Below the pieces are notes generated by a model. It ran no database searches, was not told where the DNA came from, and saw only the letters and a list, made by a program, of their open reading frames with translations. Made by a program: the position numbers and the translations under genes. Positions 11,524-24,510 of a DNA stretch of 64,000 nucleotides are shown piece after piece. Source of the stretch: Octopus sinensis (taxonomy: Eukaryota); NCBI RefSeq assembly GCF_006345805.1, contig NC_043009.1, positions 69,936,001 to 70,000,000 on the forward strand. The letters run 5' to 3'. Within the stretch, counting starts at the first letter, position 1; every line of letters begins with the position of its first letter.

Positions 11524-12127
11524 GCCTTTTTCAGTATATTTAACGAGTAAAAGTACATTCATATATTTTCATAATTTATCGATCTCTTATAAAATTTATC
11601 TGTTTATTATTAATATAATAAGCCATTTTGTCCCACGCTGCTCGAATCTCCGAAGCTAATTACTCTAGAAAAAGAAAAATTGCAAAATGCTTTCAGAACT
11701 TCCGGTGGCTTCCTCTATTTGCGGTTGTATTTTACCAATTCACCTGGCACTGTATTATCACAAAGCTTTTCTTACGATTCCCCCTTTTTGATTTATGCAA
11801 ATGGGAACATCAAGGCTTTTATGTTAGATGCAAGCTTGTTAGAAGTAAGGACCAGGAAGAAAATATTAGAAAAAACGTGTTGTATTAGCATAATTTATTC
11901 ATATGAATATATGAATGAATTTTAATGTTTCACCTCTATGTATTTTCTGTTATAGTTTCCTTATAGCCCGCACTTGTTCCTGCCCCTTTAGCATAGCTTC
12001 ACTTCTCTTAATGCTATACTCTCATTCATTTAAAGAGTTTTGATCTCCGGATTATTTGATGTGCTCACTAGTGCTGATGTCACGTAAAAAGTACTCAGTG
12101 CAGTCTGTAAAGGGTTCAACGCTATGA

Positions 12128-12250
12128 CGGGCATCCGGCTGTAGAGACTATGCCAAAGCAGACGTTGAAGTTTGGTGCATTTTTTTGGCATGTTGGTTCT
12201 TATCGATCCGTCCAACCCATGCCAGCATGGAAAACGGTTGACATGATATT
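12128..12250 (+). mobile_element. 3' fragment of a further SINE-like repeat (ccgtccaacccatgccagcatggaaaacgg tail)
   Basis: Recognised from recall of a common cephalopod repeat; single copy in this window. Confidence 0.5.
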
Positions 12251-12334
12251 CACTACAGTCTGAAGGTATTTGCAAATTTACTAAAAAAATATGCAAGACT
12301 TGGCAAAGCCTTTTGTTATTAACAGATATATGAG

Positions 12335-12440
12335 GAACGAAAGGCAAATTTGACTTCGGTATGATTTCCACTCAGAATTTAGATTCGGGAATAAACACCG
12401 CGAACCATTTATCCGGCGCTCTAATAATTCTGCCAATCTA
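12335..12440 (-). mobile_element. Degraded SINE A 5' fragment
   Basis: gaaaggcaaatttgacttcgg...ctcagaa...ttctgcca matches the family head. Confidence 0.6.
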
Positions 12441-12858
12441 GTGTCTTTCTTTCATAGAAAAGAAAAACGTATCCATTGCTAAATTAATAGATACCAAAAA
12501 AAAAAAATGGATTTATTGTTGAGCAAGAATCAATTTTTGATCAACACAGCGAAAGAAATATTCTGATTTACTAAACCCAGCGAACGTCCTGACTTTTAAC
12601 CTGTAAGTGATTAAAGAATATCAAAGAAAACAAAAAGAATAGCAAAAGGAAAAACAAAATGAAGGGAAGAAAAATAAAAACAACACAAGATTTTGCCTGG
12701 AACTCAAGTTCATATTTACTAACAAAAGTATTTTGTTATATTTCTCGTTTATTGTTTAGACAGGTCAGTAAGAATGGTCTAATTTCAAGTTCACTGACTG
12801 ATTGTAGAAGAATCCTAATATATAAAGAAAAAAAACACGTAAGTATGTATGGGCATGA

Positions 12859-12899
<41 letters not shown>

Positions 12900-13152
12900 T
12901 CATTCTCTTTCATAACACACACACATATGTATATATGCGTGTGTGTCTGTGTGTGATATGTTATACATATATATGTGTGTGTACACACACATATATGAAA
13001 TATATAGAATATTACACACAGAAACATATACACAACGAACATTGATCTCTAGGATTCTATTTTCAGTAATTTTGATAAATTCCCATGGAAAGTAACCAAC
13101 ACTTATATAATGGAAAATAGTTGTTCAGTTTCTGTAACACATACACCCCTAA

Positions 13153-13204
<52 letters not shown>

Positions 13205-13207
<3 letters not shown>

Positions 13208-14030
13208 CCACAATCCTAGAAACCATACCATCCTGCACTCACCCAAACGATACCTCCCAATTCTACATCAATCGCTAAATCTGCAGTGAATAATTAAAAT
13301 AATCCTGACTTATAAGAGCCGAAGACAACCACCAAAGCTCAAAGTACTCCTAACAAAGGCGAGATTCACATTTGAAAATGAAACGATGCAAGTAAACTGC
13401 TGTGGAGACCCCCATTGTAGGACATGCGAATTAATTGAGCAAGAGACATCGAAAAGACACAAGAACCGGAAGGAATTAAAAGTGAATGCAAACATGAACT
13501 GCAAAACAAAACAAAAAATCATCTACCGCGTCACATGTCCATAATGCAATGAAAAGTACATTAGGGAGACAGGGAGGAAACTGACCAGTCGTGTAAATGT
13601 GCATAAACAACCAATTAGGGATTCATCTCTTAGGAATGTCCCAGGCAGTGAACATCTAGATATCTGAGCAAATGGAAAATTTTAAATATTCCCGTTTCAC
13701 AAAATAAAAAATGTAAATGTTCAACTACGAAAGACAAAAGAGAATAATTTATAAGAATTCTAAATCCGAAATTAAACCGAAAATAGCCCAGACCCCATTT
13801 AATAAGCAATGGTAAAAGAATATTTATGACCAAAATCATAAAACCGAAAATAAACCGGAAATAATTAATACTACCACTACCACAAAAAAAAACAAAACAA
13901 CTTCCTCTTTAAGAGCCCGTATGCTTAAAAAGGTTTGACGGCAACACAAAAATGTCTTTCCCCCCAAAAAGGTTTGTAACATCCCCAGATTTCATAACAT
14001 TTATACTCCAAAACTGAATTAAGGAATTCT
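13205..14030 (+). pseudogene. Penelope-like element remnant: GIY-YIG endonuclease domain
   Basis: From 13311: YKSRRQPPKLKVLLTKARF..CGDPHCRTC..NMNCKTKQKIIYRVTCP*CNEKYIRETGRKL..R..HKQ..EHLD..NPKLN; CCHH-type linker and IY/YIG(R)ETGR motifs with in-frame stops. Confidence 0.88.
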
Positions 14031-14193
14031 CATATATATATATATATATAATATATGTGTGTGTGTGTGGTGTGTGTGTGTGTGTTAAAGGGTAGTTTTC
14101 TTTTGTGCTTAAATGTATACTATTTTAAAATATGAATATGTTGTCTATTGACCATGCTAGGCCACTGGTGGTGATATTTATAACAAATATTCG

Positions 14194-14241
<48 letters not shown>

Positions 14242-15299
14242 TGTATGTATGTATGCATAAAACAGAGTTATTAGTAAGGGATTACGTGTTCGGGCAAAAT
14301 ACTTAATAAGCTCTCTGTTTGTCCACAAGGCTAACCAGAAACTACTGAAGAAACTAGCATCAACTTTTCACTCGATTCAATTTTTCTGAGCTGGTCAATG
14401 GACCGTGTGAATAAACTTATCAATCACGGACCTATAATGACTACGCGAAACAGCTGTAAGGTAAAAATTTACGGCAATAAACAAAAATATGTAATGACAA
14501 TTACTTATACTTCACCTTGTTTGTGTGTGTATATATAATGTTGTTTGTATATAGGTCAGGACCTAGACATGTTTTTATGTGGATATTTGTATTGTTGGCA
14601 TGCATATGTATTCGTATGTATGCGCCTATGTATATGTGTAAGTAAACGTGTATGTTTATACTTATGCGCATACATACATGGATGTATATGTATGCATGAA
14701 TTCACTTGAATTTGTGTGGATGTGTATTTACGTACTTATCTCTATACATTTATATATGTGTTCTTATATGTGTATTTACTGCTAATGTACACTTTTATAT
14801 ACACATGTATACGTAACTTTATTTTGTGAACGTTCGTTACGCATAATCAGACTTCTCTTTTTTCTTTTCTCTCGTTAAAGAAAGTTTCTCTCCCTATTCG
14901 TTAATTGTATAGGGTCCTGTAACTTTACGCCCCTCTCCCCTTTTCTTACTCACTTCTTTAGCTATCTGTTGCTTATAAGATCCTTACCTTTTCTTTTTCT
15001 TTCCCCCTCTCTGCGTTTTACTTCTAGTCTACAATAATATACACCAAGTGATTTTTGCATGTGGGCAAGATTGCGTATACATATGTATATGTGTATTTTT
15101 GTGCATATTTCATTTTGCATTTATATGTCTGCATATGTATGTGGTCTGTGTACATCTATCTGTGTATTTTGATATATATATGTATATTGATGGTTTAGTG
15201 TGAGTATATACTGTTGTGAAATATTTTAATATATTTTAATTTTTATGTATTAATTGTATTAATCGAATTACATTTCTATATAATTAATGACAATATGTA

Positions 15300-15645
15300 T
15301 TTTGAATCCGCTCTTCGATTTAAAGTTTTTTCTCGATTTTTATAATTCATAATTTATATTGAATGCATTTATTTTGTTTATTTTGTTTATCGCTTGCCTA
15401 AGACCGTTATTTGAAAGGACCAATGAAACAAATCCATTTTTAAAGGTGCATCCTTTAACTAGTTTTGATCAAATTGTTATTTCTGTTCTATTTTAACAAA
15501 ACTATCCGACGAACAGGAACGTGAGACTCTGAGTAACAGCTTTTGTTATATTTCTGCTGCTTTTAAATAAAGCTTATTACTCTACCTCTGGTATTTCTGT
15601 ACTCTTTTTTCCACCTTGTTTCACATTTATGTGCTTACTCCGGTA
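15300..15645 (-). mobile_element. Penelope-like repeat P2, inverted copy with a degenerate HHR (CCGACGA...GAGA, 15498-15544, + strand)
   Basis: Reverse complement aligns with 17520-17830 and 11272-11400. Confidence 0.7.
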
Positions 15646-16136
15646 TATATATATATAACACATATGTACAAGTATTCGTACTATCCTTAATGCACTTAAT
15701 TTAAAAGACTACATCAATTCTGTTGCAGATGAAGAGAATTTTTTTTACTTAACATTGAGATGTTGAAGGACATTGATGTGACGTTCAGTATTCCCTGTAC
15801 TCGTAGGCAAAAGAGATTCGTCAAATTATTATCTTTAGAGGTGGTATACTCCTTTTGTGTACGCGTGTGTGACTTTGTGTCTGGTCCTGTCAGTCGTTGA
15901 AGATGTGGATCAAACCCAAACACTGAGATGCACACAAATACATACATACATACATACATACACACACGTACATACACAAACACACACACACACACACTCG
16001 CACTTGCACAGTTTAGTTTCTGCCTAGCAAATTCACTATTCGTTAACAAGGCATGATATGGCCCAGTGTTACAGACGCTCATGGGGCTAAAACTGATACC
16101 ACATCGTTGCAAGATCAGCTATATATATATATATAT

Positions 16137-16528
16137 ACTAGCAGTATCGCCCGGCGTTGCTCGGGTTTGTTTCGACCCTTTAGAATTGGAATTTTTGAAA
16201 AGTAAAAATTTTGCATTAAGTAGCTTGTTATTCTCTTTATGTGAACATTTTTCTGGTTGAAATACACGGAAAAATACCGACACAGCAGTCAAAAATCGTA
16301 AAAAATAGGGATTTTCATAGAAAAAAAAAGCACCTTTTTGATGTAAATAATTTTTGGTGTTAACATGGTGCAATTTGAATTTTTTCTTCTACGGAAGGAA
16401 GAGCAAGCCTTCTATCATACTCTCAATTTTGGTCAACTTGCGCCGCAAGGTCTTGGAGGAGATAGTGTTAGTTGAAGGCTACCAAACCTGCCATACACAG
16501 ACAACTTCAGCTTTATATATATTGAGAT
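16137..16528 (+). mobile_element. Non-autonomous Helentron/DINE-1/Lep1-like element
   Basis: Starts ACTAGCAGTATCGCCCGGCGTTGCTCGGGT (5' subterminal hairpin); ends acagacaacttcagctttatatatattgagat; inserted in (TA)n. Confidence 0.7.
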
Positions 16529-16564
16529 ATGTATACATACATATTTATGTGTATATATTTAAGA

Positions 16565-16596
<32 letters not shown>

Positions 16597-17463
16597 AAAT
16601 GTGTGTGTGTGTGCGTATGTGTTTTTATGTATTCATGTGTGTGTTTAATGAAAGCAAAATTATAAATTTGTAAAGATTAATATGATAGGGAAGAAAAAGA
16701 AAGAGAGAGAGAGAGTGTGTGTGTGAGAGAGAGAGAGAGAGAGAAAAATAGGAAGAGAGTGCGCGTGTGTATGTGTGTGTGTGTGAGAGAGAGTGGGGGG
16801 ACAGAGAGAGAGAGAGAGTAGGCAAGTACAAGAGACCAATATATAGATGGGAGCAAAACACGACTCTTCCACTCGTCATTGTTGTATAAGAAATTACACA
16901 GGAAGCTCGGAATACCAATTCCAAGCTACACTAAATAGATGTGATTATATCCGGCATCTATTTAATAAACGAAGCAGAAGCGAAACTGGTGAAAACTGCC
17001 TGGGCTGAGTGCAGGAAGAATTCTTCCATTTCATCCCATCTATTCAAAAAGAAGAGAGAAAAAAAAAATGGTGAATGAGGAGCAGAAATCATATAATTTC
17101 GAATATTGCCCCATGTTTTTGTTTTACTGTTTTATTTTTCTTTTTAAACTGGTTTATTTATTATGAATAATTCCTAACTTCCTGTTTCAATATAGTAAAT
17201 CTGTGCGAGAGCTAAACCGGATGTAAGATGAGGTTTATACGGCGGTAGGATTGATTCCTCATTTCTGACATCGCTAAAGTTTCCAATGCTATTTTCCTGA
17301 TTTTGAAAAAAATTATGGCTGAATGAAGGCGAAGACGAATGAAGGAAGGAATGAATACGTGAAAGAAACGAGCCTCGGGAAATATCTCTTCTATAAAAAA
17401 TAAAATGTTAACACACGCACACACACACACACACTCAAATACACATATGTACAAACGACTGAA

Positions 17464-17519
<56 letters not shown>

Positions 17520-17523
<4 letters not shown>

Positions 17524-17830
17524 TTTATTTTAAGCAGCAGAAAATTCAACAAAATCTGTTACTCTGAGTTTCTCGTTGCGCGTTCATCAGACAGTTTTTG
17601 CTAGAATGGAACATATATATTAATTCAATCTATACTCTTACAAACGCTACACCTTTAAAAAGAATGGACTTGTTTGATTGGCCCTTTAGAAAAAACGGTC
17701 AATCTTCGAGCGATAAACAAAAAGGTCAAAAATATATGTATATATATATAAAAAAACTTATAAAAAATTATAAAATTATAAAATCCGAGGAAAAAACCGA
17801 GGAAAAACCTATTGCCGTTAATGAAGACAG
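17520..17830 (+). mobile_element. Penelope-like repeat P2
   Basis: Homology to the 11340 and 15300 copies; follows (TA)n. Confidence 0.7.
17551..17599 (-). ncRNA. Type I hammerhead ribozyme motif, family P2, canonical core
   Basis: AAAA-A-CUGU CUGAUGA ACG-CGCAA-CGA GAAA CUC-A-GAG U A| ACAG-A-UUUU; helix I 8 of 9 bp; GUA cleavage triplet. Confidence 0.7.
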
Positions 17831-18050
17831 TACAATTAATGCATAGAAATTAAACCTGTTATAAATACTGCAATACATATTTATATTAAAATCCACATAT
17901 TATATCACATACACAAAAGATGCGCGTAAACGCCATACATACATATACAGACGTATGAATATGAATCTAAATTATACACATAAAAGCATGTGTACATATA
18001 TTCACGCAAACCGTCTCGCACGCAAGCTATATATATACATATATAATATA

Positions 18051-18330
18051 TCACCGTGATCACCGTAACCGACCAGGCTATCAGATGTTGTTACACATCG
18101 CTGGTCACAATGTGCTTCGTTGGCTAAGCGAGCAGGCCAACAGAAGAAAGAGTGAGAGAAAGTTGCGGCGAAAGAGTACAGCAGGGATCGCCACCACCAT
18201 CTCCCGGGGCCTCGTGGAGCTTTTATGTGTTTTCGCTCAATAAACACTCACAACGCCCGGTCTGGGAATCGAAACCGCGATCCTACGACCGCGAGTTCGC
18301 TGCCCTAGCCACTGGGCCATTGCGCCTCAT
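18051..18330 (-). mobile_element. tRNA-derived SINE family C, full length
   Basis: A-box TGGCCCAGTGG, B-box GGTTTCGATTCCC; second copy at 61058-61327 (+). Confidence 0.88.
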
Positions 18331-18388
18331 ATATAATATATACCTACATAATATATATGCCATATATATATGTATGTATATATTAATA

Positions 18389-18478
<90 letters not shown>

Positions 18479-18513
18479 CTATTAATCAATCAGTCAATCT
18501 ATCTAAAAATGAT

Positions 18514-18733
18514 TACGAGGGGTGGGGCTGAAATGTTCCTGGTTTTGGGTAAAAGTAAATAGAGGAGGATCAGTTGATTATGGTTTTTTTCAACATATTC
18601 CCCTCTCAGATGCACGCACTTATTGCAGGGGTCGTTCAGTTTTTCTAAGACCCAGAAAGATCTTGGTAAGTTGGGCCTGCGACCAGGTCTTCCGCGACAC
18701 CCTTAAGCCAGTAATTGTTCAGCACCCCTCGTA
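18514..18733. mobile_element. Mariner-derived MITE with TIRs and TA target sites
   Basis: TA-CGAGGGGTG...CTGAA and TTCAG-CACCCCTCG-TA; internal piece resembles the mariner transposase 3' end. Confidence 0.85.
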
Positions 18734-18983
18734 TCTGTGTATGAATAAATACATACATACAAACATACAAACATGCATATACATACATACATACATACAT
18801 ACATACATACATTACATACATACATGCATGCATGCATGCATGATATATATATATATATTATATATATATATATATTTATATAATATATATATATCGTTGA
18901 ATTGACAGAAAAAACAAAAGACGAAGACAGTGTACAAACAACAAGGTGGGCGTATTAGTTTGACGCTCGGGAAGGTGAGAAAG

Positions 18984-19021
18984 TCTTTCACGTTTCGAGC
19001 CTACGCTCTTCAACAGAAAAA
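18984..19021 (-). ncRNA. Family P1 HHR-like motif copy 2 (CUGUUGA core, G at the cleavage position)
   Basis: UUUU CUGUUGA A GAGC-GUAG-GCUC GAAA CG U G AAAGA. Confidence 0.4.
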
Positions 19022-19146
19022 AAACTTGTGGAGTTAAAGGTCATACACACACACACACATATGTATATATACATACATCTCTCGTATATATATATATATT
19101 ATATATATATTATATATCTATTTTTATATATGATGGGGACTTCTCG

Positions 19147-19179
<33 letters not shown>

Positions 19180-19249
19180 CAGATGGAGACCTTCAGATGA
19201 TGAACATTAATTGAATTATCCAAGTTACACATTAAGAACTGAAATGTAA

Positions 19250-19830
19250 GACCTGTTCTACCCTGATGACGGAGGCTCGACCTGCCCAATTTTGATTGCT
19301 TCTGTTATGGCCGCATATTGCGATGAATTACGTCTACCGTTATGATGGTTCTCCGCGATCCACAAAACAGCTGCTGGACGCATAACATCTGTCTTCTTAC
19401 CCTTCAATTTTTATCTGCCGTTTGTGCTTTGTGGAAGTTGGATCTATTGATATCAATATCTAATGATTTATAATGAAATATTTATCGTCTGAAAGTCTCC
19501 ATTTTTACTTTCTCTCGTTTTGCATATATACGTAGATACATATTTTGTAATTCATACACAAACTGTTCTATTTAATTTATCGAATTTGTTTATCCGCATT
19601 ATTGCCTTCATATCTGCTCAACTTGATCCCTCTTGTAGCCATTCTTTACCCCGGGGAAGTAATTCCCTGTAAAGTCATTGGTGTCTAAGTTCGAATCATT
19701 TGAGCACTCCAAAGCGTTTTCTATACTGAGATTCTCTGGATCTATCTATTTAATATTCATAAACAAAATTCCTTTACACGTGGTTCCCACTATTGAAAAG
19801 ACTGCCTCCACGCGCTGCTACTACACTTTC
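19250..19830 (-). pseudogene. Possible decayed Ty3/gypsy gag-like coding remnant
   Basis: Minus frame NYFPGVKNGYKRDQVEQI*RQ..SIN*IEQFVYELQNMYLRI..EKVKMETFRR resembles the retrotransposon-gag RQ...ES(I/V)xxF...L pattern; many stops. Confidence 0.3.
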
Positions 19831-19839
19831 GTCCTTGCC

Positions 19840-20140
19840 AGCAAAAGGCTTTTTCGTTCGTCCCCTTGTGTGGTTGATTTCCTGTATAGTATTCTTTTTA
19901 TTTTCTCGTTTTGTAACTAATTGTACTTTTTGTACATGTATTTTATTTTTGCAGTTTTATTTTTGTCTATGCCAGAAAAAAGGCTTTTTCGTTCGTCCTC
20001 TTGTGTGTTTGTTTTTGTACATGTACTCTTTTTGTAACTAATTGTATTTTTATTTTTGCAGTTTTTTGTTCGTCTATGCCAAAAAAAGGCTTTTTCGTTC
20101 GGTCCTCTTGTGTGTTGTTTTGTACAGTATTTTAATTTTG
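19840..20140. repeat. Three diverged tandem units of about 110-130 bp
   Basis: gcca...aaaaggctttttcgttcg(g)tcc(c/t)cttgtgtg near 19840, 19972 and 20078. Confidence 0.8.
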
Positions 20141-20490
20141 CAGTTTATGTTACGTCTTGTTTGTGTTCGTACTCATTTTGCCCCGCTGCTTGGAATTTTA
20201 TTTTACTTCTCTCGCAGGAAGGCCTATTGGATTAGTGTTCTGTTATGCCTTCGAAACATGCCTGACCCTCTAGCGACAGCTTATGACGGGGGTTTTGTCC
20301 TTGTGTAGCTCGTCCTGTATTTGTTTTTCGTTTTCCGTGTTTCTTGTTTTTTGTTTTTTGGTTTTTTCCGTTTCTACGTCTTATTGTGATGTCCTGTACT
20401 CCCGTATAATTATTTATATATGCATGTATATACATGTAGATGTAGGTACGTACATATATGTTTGTATGTATGCATATATTTTTATTATCT

Positions 20491-20539
<49 letters not shown>

Positions 20540-20676
20540 ATAATATATATATCGATATATATATATCGTAAAGGTTATTTGCCAACATAACGTGGCAGTT
20601 TTGGTTTAGGACGAATGCTGCTATAATTTAGCCAAAGGAGATATCGCCTCTAGCTGGCTATACGACACGATCTTCT

Positions 20677-20885
20677 ATTGGTGAGACTTCTAGGGGCATC
20701 AATGATAGGTTCAAAGAAAAAAACCAAACTCCATCTTCTATCAGCATGCTGTAGACTGCCACAAGGGCTCCTTGGGGAGACTTAAGTTAAAGATCTTATC
20801 CACACATCTCACTGATGCAATGCTGAGACAAGTCACTGAAGCTGTCTGTATACAAGAATACAAAACCACTCTCAACCGAAAGTCT
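20677..20885 (+). pseudogene. Second Penelope-like GIY-YIG endonuclease fragment
   Basis: IGETSRG..R..K...QHAVDCHKGSLGRLKLKILSTHLTDAMLRQVTEAVCIQEYKTTLNRK. Confidence 0.8.
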
Positions 20886-21063
20886 TCCACCGCCTCCTGT
20901 AACACATTTTCCCTTACCCTCTCTCTCTCCCCCTTCCCTCCTCTCTTTCTCTCTCTAGAAAAAATACCACTTTTAGTTTGATATGAAAAAGATGTGCTAC
21001 GACAACGACTCCCTCACACTTTCAGATGCAGGGAATGCAAAGAAGGTCAGGGTAAGCACACAG

Positions 21064-21113
<50 letters not shown>

Positions 21114-21453
21114 CGTGTGAGCGTGTATGTTTTTATGAATACATGAATTTATCCGAATTCTAGACATCATTTGTCATTTGCAGGTTAAAGCAATTTCTAA
21201 TGCAATTTAGCGAACAAATTTCTACTAAAACATAATGAAGTGTAAATAAAATAATATCACATATACACAGATACACAGATTGATGCGTGTGTATGTATAT
21301 AGGTATTTGTGTATATATATATATGAAGCAATTATCTATCTATCAATCTATCTATCTATCTCTATACGATATAGTGTATATTTAAACACATAAGGAATCC
21401 ACATCTATCTCTCTATATAGTTAGATATAGATAGACTGATACATATATAACTG

Positions 21454-21501
21454 TTAAAGACGTTGACAAACGTTAACGCAAGGTAAACATCTCAGGTCAT
21501 A

Positions 21502-21547
<46 letters not shown>

Positions 21548-21646
21548 GGAAAAAAATTCAATCCTTGAATTTTTTTTCCCAATAATAATGATAATGTATG
21601 TAACTTGAGATGTTTGCCTTGGCTCAACGTTTGTTGTCCTCTTTAA
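21454..21646. repeat. Fold-back palindrome with a 3-nt loop (21562-21564)
   Basis: ttaaaga..caaacgtt..caagg(t/c)aaacatctca..ttattgg(g)aaaaaaattcaa mirrored on the right; (TAT)n expanded only in the left arm. Confidence 0.85.
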
Positions 21647-21742
21647 TAATTACATATCGGCTACATCGGAAATCTGCAATGGCTCCATCATTACCGTTTC
21701 GGGTATAACTGTGGAACCCTAGTAATCCGTTACCGCACTTAC

Positions 21743-21768
21743 CTGGCATACCTAGTCGTTTAGGTCAC
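21743..21768 (-). other. Candidate 26-nt exon (non-coding, or start exon ATG CCA G)
   Basis: Acceptor ggttttacttcacag, donor CAG|gtaagt; stops in all three through-frames. Confidence 0.3.
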
Positions 21769-21787
21769 CTGTGAAGTAAAACCCCGT

Positions 21788-21870
<83 letters not shown>

Positions 21871-22463
21871 CAGAGAGTGAGAGAGAGAGATTATCTGTTC
21901 ATCTTCCATTTCATTCAGGAGAATATTTCTGCTATGAATCAATTTTCAGAAATCCACACTGTGTATGTGTGTATGTGTGTATGGTGTGTGTGTGTGTGTG
22001 GTGTGTGTGTGCTTGTGTTTGTGTGTGTATGTGTGTGTGAGGGGAGTTCTTGTGCGTGTGCATTTGTGTATACACACATACACACACATATATACGTACA
22101 TACATGCATACATGAATACATACATATCTGTATGTTTGTGTGTTTGTAAGCTTTAGTTAATATGTGTACTGGAGATCGCACGTGTGCGTGTGACCGTGTG
22201 CTAATAGGTGTATACACACAGCCGCATATACACGCACGCAAACCGCGCGCGCGCGCACACACACACTCTATCTGTATACAGTCGGATGTATATAAAATCA
22301 TGCAGGTTATGTCGACATGGAAATATGGTTAGTGCTTCGATGAAAGGGGTTTTGTCAACAATTTCCCTTAGAATATGTGAATATTACACAACGCTGTTGA
22401 CAAAATATCTATCTATCTATCTATCTATCTGTCGTCGGGTCTGTCTGTTAGTCTGTCTGTCTC

Positions 22464-22495
<32 letters not shown>

Positions 22496-23174
22496 CCTGC
22501 CAGTCTGTCTGTTTGTCTGTCTGTGTATATAGATGTGTTATGTCTACGCAGTGTATGTATGCACACGAATAGATAATTACAGTTGATATTCTTAATATAT
22601 TTTTTTCCAATTTTATGAGAGAAGAACGAGTCTATAAACTGCTAAACGCACCCATTTTTACACGGCTTCGAATTCTATTTTTAATTGCATCATTCTCCAG
22701 TTTAAGTACCCGAACTAACCCTTTTAATAACTTGCTATCTTTGTTTACATCCCCTCGTGAATGTATTTAGAAAATTAATTCCTAATAGAATTTATACTTA
22801 CTGCACATTAAAACACAATCCAGTCTAAACATTCAATTTTAAAACACAGACTCACATCCACCTCCACAGCTATTTCACATCGATCTCGCTCCCCTTTTTT
22901 TTTTCTTCTTGATCACATTTCTTTCTAGCTCTCTGCTCCCTCTCTCTCTCTTTGTTTGCTTGTTTCTTTCTTTTTTCATTCTTTCGTCTCTCTCTGTCTC
23001 CCTCTCCTGCTATCTGTCTGTCTCTGTCTCTGTTTCACTGTCTGTCTCTCTCCCTCCCCCCTCTCTCTCTCATTTATATCTGAATGTGTTAAGAGAGAGA
23101 GAAGCACGTACGCAAAAGGAGACTGAGGGAAGATGAACTTCTATGCATTTCTGTGTAGTTTTATGTATGTACGA

Positions 23175-23478
23175 GGCGTGGCATCTTGGGTAAGTGTCTT
23201 CTACTATAGCCTCGGGCTGACGAAAGCCTTGTGAGAGGATTTGGTAGACGGAAACTGAAAGAAGCTCGTCGTGAATATATATTTGTGTCTGTGTTTCTCC
23301 CCCTCAGTCGATGTTGGTGTGTTTATGTCCCCGAAACCTAGCGGTTCGGCAAAAGAGACCGATAGAATAAGTACTAGGCTTACAAAGAATAAGTCCTGGG
23401 GGTCGATATTTTCAACTAAAGGCAGTGCTCCAGCATGGCCGAAGTCAAATGACTGAAACATATAAAAGAGTAAAAGTG
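23175..23478 (+). mobile_element. SINE family B, 5'-truncated
   Basis: Body and gagtaaaag tail match other copies. Confidence 0.88.
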
Positions 23479-23799
23479 TATGTATGTATGTATGTATGTA
23501 TGTATGTATGTATGTAGGTAGGTAGGTAGTTAGGCAAGTAGATAGGTATATGTGCATACACGCACACACACACACAGAGTAATAAACTGATACGCAGCAC
23601 AAAATGATATGCTCGTAGGCGTATATGCAGCGTATACACACACACTTATATATATATGCTTATACGCTGCATATACTCCAACGAGTATTCGTGTGTGTGT
23701 GTGTGTGTGTGCGTATGATTATGTGTGCGAATTAGTGTATTGTGTCATTAAGCAATATTGATAACGAAACGTAATGTTAAGACCAAAAACCGAGTTGAA

Positions 23800-24075
23800 G
23801 GAATCGAGTTTGAGTTTTTTACTTCTTTTCTCTTCTGACAACTGAGTAGGGAATTTGGAAATGCTTTTCCACCGTCGCCAGCAATTGCTGGATGCACTTC
23901 AGTCTCCAGATTTCCAACTCTGGTGGAAAATCTTCCCAACACACTTAAACATCTCTGCATTGGTTCCCATAAAACGCAAATCGCCCCTGGTAGGTTTTCT
24001 CCCTCTCATAACCTTAATTTTCCTCTCAATCTCGTAACATTCTGGGGCGAACCTCCTGGGGGCATGCTGAAGTTC
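23800..24075 (-). pseudogene. Decayed RTE/CR1-type LINE ORF2 fragment (region upstream of RT)
   Basis: EIERKIKVMRGRKP..AEMFKCVGKI resembles E(I/V)xxAIKxMKxGKAPGxDxIxAEMxKxGG. Confidence 0.4.
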
Positions 24076-24128
24076 AATTACTAATGAGATGATTAGTATC
24101 ATGTTGTTTTCACTAATTATTCTGTAGT

Positions 24129-24510
24129 ACTCTTTTACTATTTTACTTGTTTCACTCACTTGACTGTGGTCATGCCGGAGCACCGCCTTTAGTCGAGCAA
24201 ATCCACCCCAGGACTTATTCTTTGTAAGCTTAGTATTTATTCTATCGTTCTCTTTTGCCGAACCGCTAAGTTACGGGGAGGCAAACACTCCAGCATCAGT
24301 TATCAAGCGATGTTGGGGGGGGATGGGAAAACACAGACACACAAACACACACACGCACACATACATATATGCATACATACGACGGGATTCTTTTAGTTTC
24401 CGTCTACCAAATCCACTCATAAGGCTTTGCCCAAGGTTCCACGCAGTGGGACTGAACCCGGAACAATGTGGTTCGTAAGGAAGCTACTTACCACACAGCT
24501 ACTCCTACAA
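24129..24510 (-). mobile_element. SINE family B, near full length
   Basis: Head gtaggagtagctgtgtggtaagtagc; B-box-like ccgggttcagtccc. Confidence 0.9.

Noticed and set aside
11744-11832. Minus-strand segment with a strong acceptor and CAG|gtgaat donor
   Set aside because: All three frames are closed and there is no other support; such pseudo-exons are common in AT-rich introns
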